Shown: piece by piece, positions 17,404 through 32,194 of the stretch
Layout of the letters: each line of letters begins with the position of its first letter
How positions within the stretch are numbered: the stretch's first letter is position 1
Assembly: GCF_009914755.1 (NCBI RefSeq)
Contig: NC_060926.1
Source: the human T2T-CHM13v2.0 reference genome, Homo sapiens
Direction: 5' to 3' (one strand)
Length of the DNA: 64,000 bases
Notes under the pieces: model-generated
Told to the model about the DNA's origin: nothing
The model's database searches: none
Seen by the model: the letters and a program-made list of their open reading frames with translations, nothing else
Made by a program: the position numbers and the translations under genes

Positions 17404-17500
17404 ATGCACTGGTTGGCTTCAGCCACCCAGACATCCGCTAGTATCGTCTCTTCTTCCCTTCTATCTGCAGTTGATGTTTCTTCTTCTCTGACCATGTCAG
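17404..17500 (+). CDS. C2orf78: C2orf78 coding exon 1, copy 1 (MHWLASATQTSASIVSSSLLSAVDVSSSLTMS)
   Basis: ATG at 17404, 97 nt, donor CAG|gtaaag, phase 1; joins in frame to exon 2 at 41668. The three exons total 97+750+1922 = 2769 nt = 922 aa plus stop. Confidence 0.88.
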
Positions 17501-18979
17501 GTAAAGAGAGAAACTTTTTAAAAAGGTTTTCATGAGATTTCTTTGCCACTAAATTTAGATTTCTTTCCCCCTATATTCCCAAACAGCTTGGAATAACAGG
17601 GAAAGTATTGAAGTAGAAATCCAGAGACCTCATTTCAGTTTTGGCTTTGACATTTACTAGCTGTGTGACTTTAGATAACTTTTATTCTCTCACAAAATCT
17701 GTTTCCTCATCTATTACACTAGGATAATAGACTGGTTATTCCCCCTGGCCCTTTTCTTTTCTAATACTGAGTCTTAAAGGGTATACGTATAGAAAATGAA
17801 ATCAGAGACTTTCTGAGAGTGTTCATTTCAACAGAAACAGAGAAAAAACCAAAGTGGTCTAGAAAACTAGCAATATATTCTGAGATGTTTCATGTGTAAT
17901 AGCCTCCCTCCACTAATATTTCAACTTTCGTATTTTAAATTTAGTGATGTTTAGTGATGTTTTAAATAATATTCAGCCAGGCACGGTGGCTCACACCTGT
18001 AATCTCAGCACTTTGGGAGGCCATCTCCCTCACTAATATTTCAACTTTCCTATTTTAAATTTAGTGATGTTTACTGATGTGTAGTGATGTTTTTAATATT
18101 CAGTTGGGCGTGGTAGCTCATGCCTGCAATGTCAATGCTTTGGGAGCCTGAGGTGGGAGGATCGCTTTGGGCCTAGGAGTTCCCGGCCAGTCTGGGCAAC
18201 ATGGCAAGACCCCATCTCTACAAAAACTTTTTAAGACTCAGCCAGGGTTGGGTGTATGCCAGCTACGCAGGAGGCTGAGGTGGGAGGATCAGAGGACTGC
18301 TTGAGCCCAGGAGGCTGAGACTGCAGTGAGCCATGTTCATACCACTGGACTTCAGCCTGGGTGACAAAGTGAGACCCTGTCACAAACAAACAAACAAACA
18401 AACAAACAAAAAAGAAAAGTAGTATTCACGTTTTGGACATTCCTATCTAAACTAGGTGGAAAGAGAAAATGGAGAGTACTGGGTTCTAAGGAGGCAGGTA
18501 TTCTAGGGTAAGTAATTTGGTATTTTAATTTAAGCAGAAAGACATGGTCCCCTACTTTTCCCCTTGGGATATGCCCTGGAGAATGACAAAATGATTTTAA
18601 AAGAAAAAAATATATTTTAAATTTGAAAAAAAAAAGCAGAAGGACAACAGAGTGAAATGTATTCAGAGTAGGGCAAAATGAAGTTGATTTTAGCAAATGC
18701 TTAGATCAATGGACGAGGAAGGAAACAGGCTACATTACATATCCCTAGGAAAAGCAGCTTATCAGAAGTCATATTCAGTCACTTTTTTCTGTTGCCTTTT
18801 TGAACATAGATGACACTTGACAGTTTGTAATATAAACATTTTGGAAATATGTTTTAGAGGCCAGGCTCGGTGGCTTACACCTGTAATCCCAGCACTTTGG
18901 GAGGCCGAGGTGGGCTGATCACCTGAGGTCAGGAGTGTGAGACAAGCCTGACCAACAAGGAGAAACCCCACCTCTACTA

Positions 18980-19138
<159 letters not shown>

Positions 19139-19928
19139 TCAAAAAGAAAAAAAAAGAAAGAGAGAAATATGTTTTAGAAATGAGGCTTCCAGGCAGGGTG
19201 CGGTGGCTCACACCTGTAATCACAGCACTTTGCAAGGCTGACGCAGGCGGATTGCCTGAGGTCAGAAGTTGGAGACCAGCCTAGGCAACATGGTGAAACC
19301 CCATTTCTCCTGAAAATATAAGAATTAGCTGGGTGTGGTGGCGTGCACCTGTAATCCTCCTACTTGGGAGGCTCAGGCATCAGAATTGCTTGAACCAGGG
19401 AGGCGCATGATGCAGTGAGCCGAGATCGTGCCACTGCCCTCCAGCCTAGGCGACAGAGCGAGACTCCATCTAAAAACAAACAAACAAATAAACAAACAAA
19501 TGATCAATGCAGGTATCTCTAAAAGCTTACCACCAAGGAAAATGATTATATCCATAGATTTCCTCCCCCAAACCAGCTTAGTCCACACGTAAATCATTAG
19601 CAACTCAGCCCTAACTCATTTTATCACAGTTACAAGAGAAGTTAGTGAGAAAAGCACTAACTAGGAAAATGAAAACCAAGGCAATCCAAGTCAACTTGGG
19701 CTCACTGCAGACATCTGTTCCTTATGCTTGGGCACACAGCACAACTCACAACAGTGCCTTTTTCACAGACCCCTCTTTAATTTCCTCCACAAAACCCATC
19801 AGGTCACCATAGTTCATGATGTTTCAAAATAAACAACCATCATGAGAAAAACATGCAGTACGTCTTACAATCTTGTATTCCTTAAAAATATGACAAGGAA
19901 AAAACATGTAGAAAAACCAGAGGATTTA

Positions 19929-20269
<341 letters not shown>

Positions 20270-21590
20270 CTACAGACATACTAATGAATGACATAAATGA
20301 GGTAATACGGTATAAAACAAAATGGAAAAAATACATTATGATTATTTTCTTCAGTGTACAGAAGTCATGGAAGTTCTGGACTATCTAGCTACATAAAAAA
20401 TATTGGGCCAGGCGCAGTGGCACACGCCTGTAATCCCAGCACTTTGGGAGGCTGAGGTGGGCAGATCCCAAGGTCAGGAGACCATCCTGGCTGACACGGT
20501 GAAACCCCGTCTCTACAAAAAAATACAAAAAATTAGCCGGGCATGGTGGCGAGTACCTGTAATCCCAGCTACTCGGGAGGCTGAGGCACGAGAATGGTGT
20601 GAACCTGGGAGGCAGAGCTTGAAGCTAGCAGAGATCGGCCACTGCCCTCCAGCCTGGGTGACAGAGAGAGACTCTGTCTCAAAAAAAAAAAAAAAAGAAT
20701 TGTCTATTTTGTTAATACAAAATAGGTATGTTGAATTGTTTGTCACAGAAACCAAAAAATCCACATAAATCTCTTTTTTCCTGTACCCTCACCTTGCCTG
20801 TTTCCTATTCTCCACTAAATGCTTTAACTCTTCATTTTGCCTGGCCCTTGCACCCAAGCATGGCTGACAGAAAATCCTAAAGGCCCAAGATTCTATAGTG
20901 GCTGTTTGCAAGGGAGACGAGGCTATAAGTAACTGCCACACTGGATCCTCTTATGTGAGAAGAAAGAAAGTATCCAGAATGCCTCTCACATATAAAAGAG
21001 CAGGATGGCAGGGTGTCTGTGTGGCCCAAGGAGCCAGAGGTAGCAAACTGTGGGCAAAAGAATTGTGACCAAAGGCTAGAAGAGAGAAGGTCTGCAGTCA
21101 GCCTTGTCTTCTACCTCTCTGCTGTTTGCTTCTCATGAGGAGAGTCCGTTTTCCACACATCGGGACACTGAAAAGAAGACTCCTGCTCTGGAAGTTGACA
21201 AGAAGGAATATTCACGAATGTAAAAATGCAAGATCAAGGCTTGGCCCAGAAACAATGCCTAAAATCAAGGGGTTAAAAAAGGGAGAGCAGAAGAGAGATC
21301 CAAGTCCAACCTGGCCCAGCCCAAAGAAGGTGGAATTCAAGGAGAAGAAACTAAAAGAGAAGAGCCTTGGACCACATCATTTCCTACAAGGGGCAGTCAA
21401 CGAACTTTGCTGTTCAAGTTACAAAAGGGGGTTCTTTAATCCCTTCCTCTGGCCATTAAAAGCGGCAGTGGGGCCAGGCGCGGTGGCTCCCGCCTGTAAT
21501 CCCAGCACTCTGGGAGGCAGATGCGGGCGGATCACGAGGTCAGGTGATCGAGACCATCCTGGCTAACAGGGTGAAACCCTGTCCCTACTA

Positions 21591-21770
<180 letters not shown>

Positions 21771-22303
21771 TTAAAAAGCAGCAGTAAATTCATTAATCAG
21801 ATTCACTGAAATAGTTTTAGAACAACTGTAATTGCTCAACTTAGACATCCCCTTCCTTTCTCCCCAAGGATATTGTGTATGTACTGTATAATTATAAATG
21901 CATACTATTACATATTATGAAATGTAACATATAAAATATAAATGTTAATTATATTAGTGAACATTTATGAGAAACATTGAGATGATCTCCCTAACATGAG
22001 AGCCTGGGGGAAAGTGGGACTATCATGTCTGTCTTGCAGATTTCACCTCCCCAGAGCTCAGCCACTTAGTGCTGTTACACCTTTCCTACCACCTCTGCCA
22101 GCCAATCCTGTCTTGTGGGGAATCTGACCTCCCTATTGGCTATCGCAGACCTTTAAACTGCCTGCTTTGTGACATCATTCTCCCACCAAACCGACCGCCA
22201 CCTGGTAGCATCTTGGGGTTTCCTGGGCGTGGCCTGTAAATTTGTATCATCACAAGGGGCCAGTGACCAGTAACCAGTGACCAGTGGCCTTCATACTGGA
22301 CAC

Positions 22304-22400
22304 ATGCACTGGTTGGCTTCAGCCACCCAGACATCCGCTAGTATCGTCTCTTCTTCCCTTCTATCTGCAGTTGATGTTTCTTCTTCTCTGACCATGTCAG
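22304..22400 (+). CDS. C2orf78: C2orf78 exon 1, duplicate copy 2 (intact)
   Basis: Identical 97-nt coding sequence and intact GT donor; usage unknown. Confidence 0.7.
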
Positions 22401-23879
22401 GTAAAGAAAGAAACTTCTTAAAAAGGTTTTCATGAGATTTCTTTGCCACTAAATTTAGGTTTCTTCCCCCCTATATTCCCAAACAGCTTGGAATAACAGG
22501 GAAATTATTGAAGTAGAAATCCAGAGACCTCATTTCAGTTTTGGCTTTGACATTTACTAGCTGTGTGACTTTAGATAACGTTTATTCTCTCATAAAATCT
22601 GTTTCCTCATCTATTACACTAGGATAATAGACTGGTTATTCCCCCTGGCCCTTTTCTTTTCTAATACTGAGTCTTAAAGGGTATATGTATAGAAAATGAA
22701 ATCAGAGACTTTCTGAGAGTGTTCATTTCAACAGAAACAGAGAAAAAACCAAAGTGGTCTAGAAAACTAGCAATATATTCTGAGATGTTTCATGTGTAAT
22801 AGTCTCCCTCTACTAATATTTCAACTTTCGTATTTTAAATTTAGTGATGCTTAGTGATGTTTTAAATAATATTCAGCCAGGCACGGTGGCTCATACCTGT
22901 AATCTCAGCACTTTGGGAGGCCATCTCCCTCACTAATATTTCAACTTTCCTATTTTAAATTTAGTGATGTTTACTGATGTGTAGTGATGTTTTTAATATT
23001 CAGTTGGGCGTGGTAGCTCATGCCTGCAATATCAATGCTTTGGGAGCCTGAGGTGGGAGGATCGCTTTGGGCCTAGGAGTTCCCGGCCAGTCTGGGCAAC
23101 ATGGCAAGACCCCATCTCTACAAAAACTTTTTAAGACTCAGCCAGGGTTGGGTGTATGCCAGCTACGCAGGAGGCTGAGGTGGGAGGATCAGAGGACTGC
23201 TTGAGCCCAGGAGGCTGAGACTGCAGTGAGCCATGTTCATACCACTGGACTTCAGCCTGGGTGACAAAGTGAGACCCTGTCACAAACAAACAAACAAACA
23301 AACAAACAAAAAAGAAAAGTAGTATTCACGTTTTGGACATTCCTATCTAAACTAGGTGGAAAGAGAAAATGGAGAGTACTGGGTTCTAAGGAGGCAGGTA
23401 TTCTAGGGTAAGTAATTTGGTATTTTAATTTAAGCAGAAAGACATGGTCCCCTACTTTTCCCCTTGGGATATGCCCTGGAGAATGACAAAATGATTTTAA
23501 AAGAAAAAAATATATTTTAAATTTGAAAAAAAAAAGCAGAAGGACAACAGAGTGAAATGTATTCAGAGTAGGGCAAAATGAAGTTGATTTTAGCAAATGC
23601 TTAGATCAATGGACGAGAAAGGAAACAGGCTACATTACATATCCCTAGGAAAAGCAGCTTATCAGAAGTCATATTCAGTCACTTTTTTCTGTTGCCTTTT
23701 TGAACATAGATGACACTTGACAGTTTGTAATATAAACATTTTGGAAATATGTTTTAGAGGCCGGGCACGGTGGCTTACGCCTGTAAACCAAGCACTTTGG
23801 GAGGCCGAGGTGGGCTGATCACCTGAGGTCAGGAGTGTGAGACAAGCCTGACCAACAAGGAGAAACCCCATCTCTACTA

Positions 23880-24038
<159 letters not shown>

Positions 24039-24825
24039 TCAAAAGAAAAAAAAAAGAAACCAACATGTTTTAGAAATGAGGCTTCCAGGCGGGGTGCGGT
24101 GGCTCACGCCTGTAATCACAGCACTTTGCGAGGCTGAGGTGGGAAGATCACCGGAGGTCAGGAGTTGGAGACCAGCCTGGCCAACGTGGTCAAACCCCAT
24201 CTCTACTAAGAATACAAAAATTAGCTGGGTGTGGTGGTGCGCACCTTTAATCCTACGTACTTGGGAGGCTCAGGCATCAGAATTGCTTGAACCAGGGAGG
24301 CGCATGATGCAGTGAGCCGAGATCGTGCCACTGCCCTCCAGCCTAGGCGACAGAGCGAGACTCCATCTAAAAACAAACAAACAAATAAACAAACAAATGA
24401 TCAATGCAGGTATCTCTAAAAGCTTACCACCAAGGAAAATGATTATATCCATAGATTTCCTCCCCCAAACCAGCTTAGTCCACACGTAAATCATTAGCAA
24501 CTCAGCCCTAACTCATTTTATCACAGTTACAAGAGAAGTTAGTGAGAAAAGCACTAACTAGGAAAATGAAAACCAAGGCAATCCAAGTCAACTTGGGCTC
24601 ACTGCAGACATCTGTTCCTTATGCTTGGGCACACAGCACAACTCACAACAGTGCCTTTTTCACAGACCCCTCTTTAATTTCCTCCACAAAACCCATCAGG
24701 TCACCATAGTTCATGATGTTTCAAAATAAACAACCATCATGAGAAAAACATGCAGTACGTCTTACAATCTTGTATTCCTTAAAAATATGACAAGGAAAAA
24801 ACATGTAGAAAAACCAGAGGATTTA

Positions 24826-25166
<341 letters not shown>

Positions 25167-26487
25167 CTACAGACATACTAATGAATGACATAAATGAGGT
25201 AATACGGTATAAAACAAAATGGAAAAAATACATTATGATTATTTTCTTCAGTGTACAGAAGTCATGGAAGTTCTGGACTATCTAGCTACATAAAAAATAT
25301 TGGGCCAGGCGCAGTGGCACACGCCTGTAATCCCAGCACTTTGGGAGGCTGAGGTGGGCAGATCCCAAGGTCAGGAGACCATCCTGGCTGACACGGTGAA
25401 ACCCCGTCTCTACAAAAAAATACAAAAAATTAGCCGGGCATGGTGGCGAGTACCTGTAATCCCAGCTACTCGGGAGGCTGAGGCACGAGAATGGTGTGAA
25501 CCTGGGAGGCAGAGCTTGAAGCTAGCAGAGATCGGCCACTGCCCTCCAGCCTGGGTGACAGAGAGAGACTCTGTCTCAAAAAAAAAAAAAAAAGAATTGT
25601 CTATTTTGTTAATACAAAATAGGTATGTTGAATTGTTTGTCACAGAAACCAAAAAATCCACATAAATCTCTTTTTTCCTGTACCCTCACCTTGCCTGTTT
25701 CCTATTCTCCACTAAATGCTTTAACTCTTCATTTTGCCTGGCCCTTGCACCCAAGCATGGCTGACAGAAAATCCTAAAGGCCCAAGATTCTATAGTGGCT
25801 GTTTGCAAGGGAGACGAGGCTATAAGTAACTGCCACACTGGATCCTCTTATGTGAGAAGAAAGAAAGTATCCAGAATGCCTCTCACATATAAAAGAGCAG
25901 GATGGCAGGGTGTCTGTGTGGCCCAAGGAGCCAGAGGTAGCAAACTGTGGGCAAAAGAATTGTGACCAAAGGCTAGAAGAGAGAAGGTCTGCAGTCAGCC
26001 TTGTCTTCTACCTCTCTGCTGTTTGCTTCTCATGAGGAGAGTCCGTTTTCCACACATCGGGACACTGAAAAGAAGACTCCTGCTCTGGAAGTTGACAAGA
26101 AGGAATATTCACGAATGTAAAAATGCAAGATCAAGGCTTGGCCCAGAAACAATGCCTAAAATCAAGGGGTTAAAAAAGGGAGAGCAGAAGAGAGATCCAA
26201 GTCCAACCTGGCCCAGCCCAAAGAAGGTGGAATTCAAGGAGAAGAAACTAAAAGAGAAGAGCCTTGGACCACATCATTTCCTACAAGGGGCAGTCAACGA
26301 ACTTTGCTGTTCAAGTTACAAAAGGGGGTTCTTTAATCCCTTCCTCTGGCCATTAAAAGCGGCAGTGGGGCCAGGCGCGGTGGCTCCCGCCTGTAATCCC
26401 AGCACTCTGGGAGGCAGATGCGGGCGGATCACGAGGTCAGGTGATCGAGACCATCCTGGCTAACAGGGTGAAACCCTGTCCCTACTA

Positions 26488-26667
<180 letters not shown>

Positions 26668-27200
26668 TTAAAAAGCAGCAGTAAATTCATTAATCAGATT
26701 CACTGAAATAGTTTTAGAACAACTGTAATTGCTCAACTTAGACATCCCCTTCCTTTCTCCCCAAGGATATTGTGTATGTACTGTATAATTATAAATGCAT
26801 ACTATTACATATTATGAAATGTAACATATAAAATATAAATGTTAATTATATTAGTGAACATTTATGAGAAACATTGAGATGATCTCCCTAACATGAGAGC
26901 CTGGGGGAAAGTGGGACTATCATGTCTGTCTTGCAGATTTCACCTCCCCAGAGCTCAGCCACTTAGTGCTGTTACACCTTTCCTACCACCTCTGCCAGCC
27001 AATCCTGTCTTGTGGGGAATCTGACCTCCCTATTGGCTATCGCAGACCTTTAAACTGCCTGCTTTGTGACATCATTCTCCCACCAAACCGACCGCCACCT
27101 GGTAGCATCTTGGGGTTTCCTGGGCGTGGCCTGTAAATTTGTATCATCACAAGGGGCCAGTGACCAGTAACCAGTGACCAGTGGCCTTCATACTGGACAC

Positions 27201-27297
27201 ATGCACTGGTTGGCTTCAGCCACCCAGACATCCGCTAGTATCGTCTCTTCTTCCCTTCTATCTGCAGTTGATGTTTCTTCTTCTCTGACCATGTCAG
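27201..27297 (+). CDS. C2orf78: C2orf78 exon 1, duplicate copy 3 (intact)
   Basis: Identical 97-nt coding sequence and intact GT donor; usage unknown. Confidence 0.7.
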
Positions 27298-28776
27298 GTA
27301 AAGAAAGAAACTTCTTAAAAAGGTTTTCATGAGATTTCTTTGCCACTAAATTTAGGTTTCTTCCCCCCTATATTCCCAAACAGCTTGGAATAACAGGGAA
27401 ATTATTGAAGTAGAAATCCAGAGACCTCATTTCAGTTTTGGCTTTGACATTTACTAGCTGTGTGACTTTAGATAACGTTTATTCTCTCATAAAATCTGTT
27501 TCCTCATCTATTACACTAGGATAATAGACTGGTTATTCCCCCTGGCCCTTTTCTTTTCTAATACTGAGTCTTAAAGGGTATATGTATAGAAAATGAAATC
27601 AGAGACTTTCTGAGAGTGTTCATTTCAACAGAAACAGAGAAAAAACCAAAGTGGTCTAGAAAACTAGCAATATATTCTGAGATGTTTCATGTGTAATAGT
27701 CTCCCTCTACTAATATTTCAACTTTCGTATTTTAAATTTAGTGATGCTTAGTGATGTTTTAAATAATATTCAGCCAGGCACGGTGGCTCATACCTGTAAT
27801 CTCAGCACTTTGGGAGGCCATCTCCCTCACTAATATTTCAACTTTCCTATTTTAAATTTAGTGATGTTTACTGATGTGTAGTGATGTTTTTAATATTCAG
27901 TTGGGCGTGGTAGCTCATGCCTGCAATATCAATGCTTTGGGAGCCTGAGGTGGGAGGATCGCTTTGGGCCTAGGAGTTCCCGGCCAGTCTGGGCAACATG
28001 GCAAGACCCCATCTCTACAAAAACTTTTTAAGACTCAGCCAGGGTTGGGTGTATGCCAGCTACGCAGGAGGCTGAGGTGGGAGGATCAGAGGACTGCTTG
28101 AGCCCAGGAGGCTGAGACTGCAGTGAGCCATGTTCATACCACTGGACTTCAGCCTGGGTGACAAAGTGAGACCCTGTCACAAACAAACAAACAAACAAAC
28201 AAACAAAAAAGAAAAGTAGTATTCACGTTTTGGACATTCCTATCTAAACTAGGTGGAAAGAGAAAATGGAGAGTACTGGGTTCTAAGGAGGCAGGTATTC
28301 TAGGGTAAGTAATTTGGTATTTTAATTTAAGCAGAAAGACATGGTCCCCTACTTTTCCCCTTGGGATATGCCCTGGAGAATGACAAAATGATTTTAAAAG
28401 AAAAAAATATATTTTAAATTTGAAAAAAAAAAGCAGAAGGACAACAGAGTGAAATGTATTCAGAGTAGGGCAAAATGAAGTTGATTTTAGCAAATGCTTA
28501 GATCAATGGACGAGAAAGGAAACAGGCTACATTACATATCCCTAGGAAAAGCAGCTTATCAGAAGTCATATTCAGTCACTTTTTTCTGTTGCCTTTTTGA
28601 ACATAGATGACACTTGACAGTTTGTAATATAAACATTTTGGAAATATGTTTTAGAGGCCGGGCACGGTGGCTTACGCCTGTAAACCAAGCACTTTGGGAG
28701 GCCGAGGTGGGCTGATCACCTGAGGTCAGGAGTGTGAGACAAGCCTGACCAACAAGGAGAAACCCCATCTCTACTA

Positions 28777-28935
<159 letters not shown>

Positions 28936-29722
28936 TCAAAAGAAAAAAAAAAGAAACCAACATGTTTTAGAAATGAGGCTTCCAGGTGGGGTGCGGTGGC
29001 TCACGCCTGTAATCACAGCACTTTGCGAGGCTGAGGTGGGAAGATCACCGGAGGTCAGGAGTTGGAGACCAGCCTGGCCAACGTGGTCAAACCCCATCTC
29101 TACTAAGAATACAAAAATTAGCTGGGTGTGGTGGTGCGCACCTTTAATCCTACGTACTTGGGAGGCTCAGGCATCAGAATTGCTTGAACCAGGGAGGCGC
29201 ATGATGCAGTGAGCCGAGATCGTGCCACTGCCCTCCAGCCTAGGCGACAGAGCGAGACTCCATCTAAAAACAAACAAACAAATAAACAAACAAATGATCA
29301 ATGCAGGTATCTCTAAAAGCTTACCACCAAGGAAAATGATTATATCCATAGATTTCCTCCCCCAAACCAGCTTAGTCCACACGTAAATCATTAGCAACTC
29401 AGCCCTAACTCATTTTATCACAGTTACAAGAGAAGTTAGTGAGAAAAGCACTAACTAGGAAAATGAAAACCAAGGCAATCCAAGTCAACTTGGGCTCACT
29501 GCAGACATCTGTTCCTTATGCTTGGGCACACAGCACAACTCACAACAGTGCCTTTTTCACAGACCCCTCTTTAATTTCCTCCACAAAACCCATCAGGTCA
29601 CCATAGTTCATGATGTTTCAGAATAAACAACCATCATGAGAAAAACATGCAGTACGTCTTACAATCTTGTATTCCTTAAAAATATGACAAGGAAAAAACA
29701 TGTAGAAAAACCAGAGGATTTA

Positions 29723-30063
<341 letters not shown>

Positions 30064-31384
30064 CTACAGACATACTAATGAATGACATAAATGAGGTAAT
30101 ACGGTATAAAACAAAATGGAAAAAATACATTATGATTATTTTCTTCAGTGTACAGAAGTCATGGAAGTTCTGGACTATCTAGCTACATAAAAAATATTGG
30201 GCCAGGCGCAGTGGCACACGCCTGTAATCCCAGCACTTTGGGAGGCTGAGGTGGGCAGATCCCAAGGTCAGGAGACCATCCTGGCTGACACGGTGAAACC
30301 CCGTCTCTACAAAAAAATACAAAAAATTAGCCGGGCATGGTGGCGAGTACCTGTAATCCCAGCTACTCGGGAGGCTGAGGCACGAGAATGGTGTGAACCT
30401 GGGAGGCAGAGCTTGAAGCTAGCAGAGATCGGCCACTGCCCTCCAGCCTGGGTGACAGAGAGAGACTCTGTCTCAAAAAAAAAAAAAAAAGAATTGTCTA
30501 TTTTGTTAATACAAAATAGGTATGTTGAATTGTTTGTCACAGAAACCAAAAAATCCACATAAATCTCTTTTTTCCTGTACCCTCACCTTGCCTGTTTCCT
30601 ATTCTCCACTAAATGCTTTAACTCTTCATTTTGCCTGGCCCTTGCACCCAAGCATGGCTGACAGAAAATCCTAAAGGCCCAAGATTCTATAGTGGCTGTT
30701 TGCAAGGGAGACGAGGCTATAAGTAACTGCCACACTGGATCCTCTTATGTGAGAAGAAAGAAAGTATCCAGAATGCCTCTCACATATAAAAGAGCAGGAT
30801 GGCAGGGTGTCTGTGTGGCCCAAGGAGCCAGAGGTAGCAAACTGTGGGCAAAAGAATTGTGACCAAAGGCTAGAAGAGAGAAGGTCTGCAGTCAGCCTTG
30901 TCTTCTACCTCTCTGCTGTTTGCTTCTCATGAGGAGAGTCCGTTTTCCACACATCGGGACACTGAAAAGAAGACTCCTGCTCTGGAAGTTGACAAGAAGG
31001 AATATTCACGAATGTAAAAATGCAAGATCAAGGCTTGGCCCAGAAACAATGCCTAAAATCAAGGGGTTAAAAAAGGGAGAGCAGAAGAGAGATCCAAGTC
31101 CAACCTGGCCCAGCCCAAAGAAGGTGGAATTCAAGGAGAAGAAACTAAAAGAGAAGAGCCTTGGACCACATCATTTCCTACAAGGGGCAGTCAACGAACT
31201 TTGCTGTTCAAGTTACAAAAGGGGGTTCTTTAATCCCTTCCTCTGGCCATTAAAAGCGGCAGTGGGGCCAGGCGCGGTGGCTCCCGCCTGTAATCCCAGC
31301 ACTCTGGGAGGCAGATGCGGGCGGATCACGAGGTCAGGTGATCGAGACCATCCTGGCTAACAGGGTGAAACCCTGTCCCTACTA

Positions 31385-31564
<180 letters not shown>

Positions 31565-32097
31565 TTAAAAAGCAGCAGTAAATTCATTAATCAGATTCAC
31601 TGAAATAGTTTTAGAACAACTGTAATTGCTCAACTTAGACATCCCCTTCCTTTCTCCCCAAGGATATTGTGTATGTACTGTATAATTATAAATGCATACT
31701 ATTACATATTATGAAATGTAACATATAAAATATAAATGTTAATTATATTAGTGAACATTTATGAGAAACATTGAGATGATCTCCCTAACATGAGAGCCTG
31801 GGGGAAAGTGGGACTATCATGTCTGTCTTGCAGATTTCACCTCCCCAGAGCTCAGCCACTTAGTGCTGTTACACCTTTCCTACCACCTCTGCCAGCCAAT
31901 CCTGTCTTGTGGGGAATCTGACCTCCCTATTGGCTATCGCAGACCTTTAAACTGCCTGCTTTGTGACATCATTCTCCCACCAAACCGACCGCCACCTGGT
32001 AGCATCTTGGGGTTTCCTGGGCGTGGCCTGTAAATTTGTATCATCACAAGGGGCCAGTGACCAGTAACCAGTGACCAGTGGCCTTCATACTGGACAC

Positions 32098-32194
32098 ATG
32101 CACTGGTTGGCTTCAGCCACCCAGACATCCGCTAGTATCGTCTCTTCTTCCCTTCTATCTGCAGTTGATGTTTCTTCTTCTCTGACCATGTCAG
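32098..32194 (+). CDS. C2orf78: C2orf78 exon 1, duplicate copy 4 (intact)
   Basis: Identical 97-nt coding sequence and intact GT donor; usage unknown. Confidence 0.7.

Noticed and set aside
17240-17434. Minus-strand 64-aa ORF conserved in all five units
   Set aside because: It is the antisense of the C2orf78 5'UTR/exon 1; conservation follows from the duplication and there is no independent evidence.
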